A stretch of DNA of 64,000 nucleotides from Tubiluchus corallicola (taxonomy: Eukaryota > Animalia > Priapulida), in the NCBI GenBank assembly GCA_030141605.1, contig JAQGDQ010000499.1, positions 1 to 64,000 on the forward strand, read 5' to 3'. Under the pieces are notes generated by a model, which ran no database searches, had not been told where the DNA came from, and worked only from the letters and a program-made list of their open reading frames with translations. Below, piece after piece: positions 59,701 to 64,000 of this stretch (the stretch's first letter is position 1; every line of letters starts with the position of its first letter). The translations under genes and the position numbers were made by a program.

Positions 59701-62700
59701 GCGCGAGGCCCCCTGGAGGGTGAGGCTCCGGGGAAGTATCCCCATTTCCCCCTGAAATAGGCCCTGACAGCAGTGAGTTAAACAGTGAGTTAAATAGCGA
59801 CAGTACTTTTCAAACTGTAATTCTTACTGGGTGTCTCTCCTTCAATTACCACTAAGGCAAAATCACAGCGCTTATCTTTGTACGGAAGTGTTTCAGCTTC
59901 ACAAACCATCACACCAATTTCCAGTCTCCCTGCTACAGTATCAAGAATCGTTATTTCACCGTTAGTGTTAAGATTCACCAGACTGCAAAGGAAGTAAATG
60001 CGACTAAGAACTTTATTGTTACAGGAAAAATCATTAGTAGAAATTCGGTTGTAGTTTCTTCCCTGCAGCTCAAATCTTAGCAAGCCAGCCTTCACCACTC
60101 AACGCCAGGTTAGGTAGTTATGGCAGGACCGAAACCTAGTTCGCTATCAAGAGTAGCTTTTTAGCTGAGCTATTGAATGGCTGAGTTGTCTTAACCACGT
60201 TTTAGCGCGTTTACGTGCAACATCCTTAATGAGGCATTAAATGGTCAAATGCAATATGGCAGATAAAACTGCCTCAAAGCAGTGGCTACCCAGCCATTCA
60301 CTAAGCAGGACTGACATTGTTTAACTTTGACCACTAAGCATGAGCTATTATTATACTCGGTCGTTCCTCTCGACCCAAATTTGCAATGAAAAGTTGATAA
60401 TGATCTTACAGGATTTGCACCATCTAACAGTTCTAACTACTAGGCTTTTGTTATTAATTCTTATCACTGGCTTTGCCGTAGTTACTCGTAAGAACAAGTC
60501 CGCTGAGTCCATCTATTTCAGTGAAGTATTTTCTTAGCTTACTTAGTGAAGTATTTTCACCTACAAGAATTTCTTTAGAATTAACGGTCTCGAAGCATTA
60601 TTTCTGAGTTCTATCAACATGTTCAATAATCAGGCATCACATGACCTGCAGACGCAGTTTCATATCTAGAACTTTTCAAGTGACCAGACCACCCCGACCA
60701 AGTGAGCAGAACCTGGCAAGAAGATCAGGACACAAGATACTGATAACCTGCGTGACACACTGGTCACTAGTTCATCCTTCAAACCCAAGATTTCTTACGA
60801 AGGTTGTCCAGGACGAAGAGTGGGTGACCCTACAGGTAAACACTACAGGTAACCAAGTGGTGAAAATAAGGGGACACGTGGTGCTGTAAAATACGCGAGG
60901 GGGCTCACGTAACTGGAAAAAGAGGCTCCTGTAAATAGCATTTCCAAACATGAGTGTGACCTTCAGCAAAACATGAGTGTGACCTTCAGCAAAACATGAG
61001 TGTGACCTTCAGCCAAACATGAGTGTGACCTTCAGTCAAACATAAGTGTGACCTTCAGCAAAAGTAATTATGATTACGCGTCACTGTACTCAACAGATGC
61101 AATTTAAAGAAGCGATAGCTGATAATGGTTCTTACTCTTGTTAAGGTATAGGCCTACAGCATCAAATATTTTGTACAAGCGGCCATACTCGGTCGGGCAT
61201 ATTTATCTGTGTAATATACACTGACATCTTAAGTTTATGAAGTTAACGGACAAGAAAAGGGGTAGCTGAAGCAGGCTTCAGAAAAATCCCCTTAAAAAAA
61301 TTGTTCTACTTTACAGCAGTTTTATGCGTATATCGTACTCGTGTTGAAAGGAATTTCTCTTTGTCTTCATTTTAAATCTCCCGCAATAGTGACCTACGCC
61401 ACGTAAGTCAGGGGAAGAAAGATCAATGTTAAATTATGTCCCAAAAAACTTTCCATGCAAATCTGTATTACTTAGCTTTTCGCTTACCTACTGGAAAGAC
61501 TTATGCAACTAGAAAAGAAAATTGTCAATTATTTAAAATGTTTTCATCAATTGGTAAAATTTCGCTGACTCACCCTCCAGGGTGCACCACTCACTAACCA
61601 AAAACGTATTTTTAATCTTATTGACAGGATACAGTAATTTTAAATTTTATTTAATTAGTGACGTGTGTGCTACGAATGCTCTGATTATTTTTTCAAAGTT
61701 TACACAACGTTATCTGAACTTGTTTCAAATGACCTGTCGTTAAAATGGCTGCGCTCAACGGTCATCGGGTGGAGTTTAAATTTACATGTTTTATACACGT
61801 TACTGCCGATTGAAGTCCTGTATATAAAAAGGCAGTACGAAGTTTTCCAGCTTTATGTTTATGGTGGGCTTTCTTGTGCTTTAAATAAATTTGCTATTAC
61901 TATACTATTACTATCCCAGGCCAGAATATTTGCTGTACTTGTGTAAATTACCAAAATTAATGTTAAAACTAATAAACTGTTAGAAGAAAAAGGACATGAT
62001 GCAGTTTTAAAAACGTTCGTGGTGTGTTCTGTTTTTTGAGGATTTCAAACTATCTCAGACAAAATTGCAAACCGTACAATATCATATCCATAACACTGTG
62101 CAAATACTCGAGTTTAATAAGGATTTAGGAGAAAAGGGACTTACTCTTTATAACTCATAAGGATGAATTCAAGTCCCGGATGGCCATTCTTCGTGGACCC
62201 ATCAGTGGTCTTGTGCTTGGTATTCAGATTTGCTGTAAGTGAGCCTACTGGTTCGCTAGGACAACATTTGAACGTCCATACCATTTGCGTAAATGTTGGA
62301 TTTTCTGTGTGAGAATACTTCACTGATATTGTGACTTCAGCTGAAGAGCTGTCAGTTCTGACATGTACCCAAGCAGTTAGTTCATAGTGACTCTTTACGT
62401 GCGCGTTCAGTTTCTTCATGATAGATATATCAGCCACAAATGTTTGTTTGTTCTCAACCCACTGACTGATGGTTGAGATTGCGAACTTGTCTGCTGTCAC
62501 GTTATCCTTTGTTGTTAGCGAGCATCTTACAGCATCTGTCCCGTAAATGCTCGTCCCAGACAGTTTAAGTATTAGAGTTCCGGTGAGCTCTTTGTCCCAC
62601 ACAACTGCACTGTACGCTTGTTGTCCAAATTGTACAGCAGCAGTCCATTTTTTATTTACAGTAATCACCAAGAGCGCTCGACCAAAATGGCGGCGGTTTT

Positions 62701-63776
62701 CTTGTTTAGCAACATTCAGTACAATATGGTACGTGCTTTCTTCTGGCAATATGGCGGCAATAGTAATTACACCCGTGGCTTCATTTATTCTGAATTTTCC
62801 GTCTGCCTGACTCTCTGCAATAAACCAGGTAATTATACAATAGTACAGGGTTGCTTGAAAACCAGTTGTTCCCATATCTACACACATACATTCCTACTAT
62901 GTGCTTAAAATGCATTTCTATCAAAGAGCCATACATGTTGCATGCGGGTCTTTCATTCTCACTCTCAGAGAATGTCAGAAATCAAAAGTAAGCGTAAAAT
63001 AATGATAATGAATCGTCAGGCAATCAGAAGAGTTGAGTTTTGGAATTTTATTACTGCCTGATTGATTTATTGATTGCTATTTATTTCAGCATATAAAACA
63101 TAAAGTATTTACAACATTTACCAACCATTTGCAAAACTGTAAACCAACTTGCTTTTCTTCTCTTTGTCTTCAAAATCCAAATCCGTGGCTCTTATTGCAT
63201 GTGGTTGAGTAGCCAGGACAGTGCCCTAAACCACAATATCTTAATGTTTATTTAAAAAGCTATTATTAATAATTAAATAAATAAATAATACTTTTAAACC
63301 CACTTAAGCTAAATTGTTTAGTGTGCGAAGCTTATCTCTTTCTCTGTGGGATTCTATCTATTAGAAAAATCAAACAAGTACAATGGGAAAGAGGAAAATA
63401 ACAAGTGACCCTCATTCAACTCTATTATTGAAGCAATATGTGGTTACATATATATTGCATGATTATTTAAGTTAACTATCATACTCTCCATCTCCATCTA
63501 TCTCTATTTATCTATCTATCTCTATCTATCCATCCATCCATCATTCCATTCATACATCCGTCCGTCCATCATCCATCCATCCATCCATCATTCCCTCCAT
63601 CCATCCATCCATCCATCCATCCATCCATCCATCCATCCATCCATCCATCCATCCATCCATCCATCCATCCATCCATCCATCCATCCATCCATCTATCCAT
63701 CTATCTATCCATCTATCCATCTATCTATCTATTTAATATCTATCTATCTACCTATTAATCTACTCTCTCTCTCCCT

Positions 63777-63815
<39 letters not shown>

Positions 63816-64000
63816 ACGACTTGATAAAAGAGAAAATATGCATTCTAGTCACTCTGTCAGCATAAAAAGTTCATATCACTAGTCTAGAGTATTTTTAATT
63901 TTAACCTAGTTAAAACAAGGTTACCATACTGCTCCGCTATAAATTAAAATGGCTTTGTGAAAAGCCGCTCTTACAGATTTACCACATTCAAATTTTCATA
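56345..64000 (-). CDS. Cadherin-related single-pass membrane protein, 3' part (gene continues beyond the window)
   Basis: complement(join(56345..56753,57629..57749,59828..59982,62145..62814,63126..63225,63983..>64000)); phases match at all five junctions. YENLNV|[53 protein letters not shown]; [23 protein letters not shown] followed by KSKKR. Confidence 0.82.
57629..57749 (-). CDS. Cadherin-related transmembrane exon
   Basis: tttcag|[39 protein letters not shown] ga|gtttgt. Confidence 0.75.
57883..58507. mobile_element. TTAA-bounded element, family B copy 2
   Basis: TTAAAGCAAAACCGGA...GTCTTCCTTTAA; shares CTCAGTTCAGA, CTCATGCG.GAG.ACAGC.GTAAATTT and TTGTGATGTCATCA with 12030-12604. Confidence 0.65.
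59460..59766. mobile_element. hAT MITE, short copy of the 53322 family
   Basis: Perfect 15-bp TIR CAGGGCCTATTTCAG; perfect 8-bp TSD ACAGCAGT; internal sequence shared with 53322-53820. Confidence 0.9.
59828..59982 (-). CDS. Cadherin-related exon (membrane-proximal)
   Basis: ttgcag|t [13 protein letters not shown]...[11 protein letters not shown] a|gtaaga; phases 2 and 1 match neighbours. Confidence 0.75.
60947..61063. repeat. 23-bp tandem repeat, 5 copies
   Basis: AAACATGAGTGTGACCTTCAGCA. Confidence 0.9.
61243..61884. mobile_element. TTAA-bounded element, family A copy 2
   Basis: Same orientation as 2235-2912; shares blocks such as CGCTGACTCACCCTCCAGGGTGC..CACTCACTAACCAAAAACGTATTTTTAATCTTATTGAC. 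Confidence 0.72.
62145..62814 (-). CDS. Cadherin-related large exon (about two repeats' worth)
   Basis: ttgcag|..[16 protein letters not shown]...LEFILMSYK ga|gtaagt; inside the 248-aa ORF. Confidence 0.85.
63126..63225 (-). CDS. Cadherin-related exon
   Basis: gtttag|[33 protein letters not shown] g|gttggt; AxDxD motif. Confidence 0.8.
63485..63815. repeat. (CCAT/CTAT)n plus (CT)n compound microsatellite
   Basis: Direct reading. Confidence 0.92.
63983..64000 (-). CDS. Cadherin-related exon (3' end only)
   Basis: YENLNV|gtaaat joins next exon to give the cadherin motif ENLNVGTVL. Confidence 0.6.

Noticed and set aside
37583-64000. XPNPEP3-TK1-cadherin co-oriented run as an operon or functional cluster
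   Set aside because: Functions are unrelated, TK1 has its own promoter motifs, XPNPEP3 has a CCAAT and a GCGCATG upstream, and nothing indicates trans-splicing.

Overview
AT-rich, intron-rich animal (invertebrate-like) genomic DNA; nothing prokaryotic, no CRISPR array, no rRNA. Four spliced genes were reconstructed by hand from splice sites and reading-frame phase. (1) A 5'-truncated class C GPCR on + (<1-34511, 17 exons, about 1000 aa in window) that closely follows the insect GABA-B receptor subtype 3 (GABA-B-R3). (2) XPNPEP3, mitochondrial Xaa-Pro aminopeptidase 3, on - (37583-45836). (3) Cytosolic thymidine kinase TK1 on - (47379-52391), with a cluster of E2F sites upstream. (4) The 3' part of a single-pass cadherin-related gene on - (56345->64000). 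Introns and intergenic DNA hold a solo LTR with a 5-bp TSD, a Gypsy/Mag-like PBS+gag fragment, two LINE fragments, three hAT-derived elements with 8-bp TSDs, six TTAA-bounded (Kolobok-like) elements, several minisatellites and many microsatellites that generate most of the spurious ORFs. I do not see a wholly new biological system. The best leads are the orphan-like GABA-B-R3 receptor (altered ligand pocket, DSGIHT degron-like motif, PDZ ligand), an XPNPEP3 intron with two equivalent splice-site pairs 4 nt apart, and a cadherin with degenerate Ca-binding linkers. Family assignments rest on remembered motifs, not on database searches.
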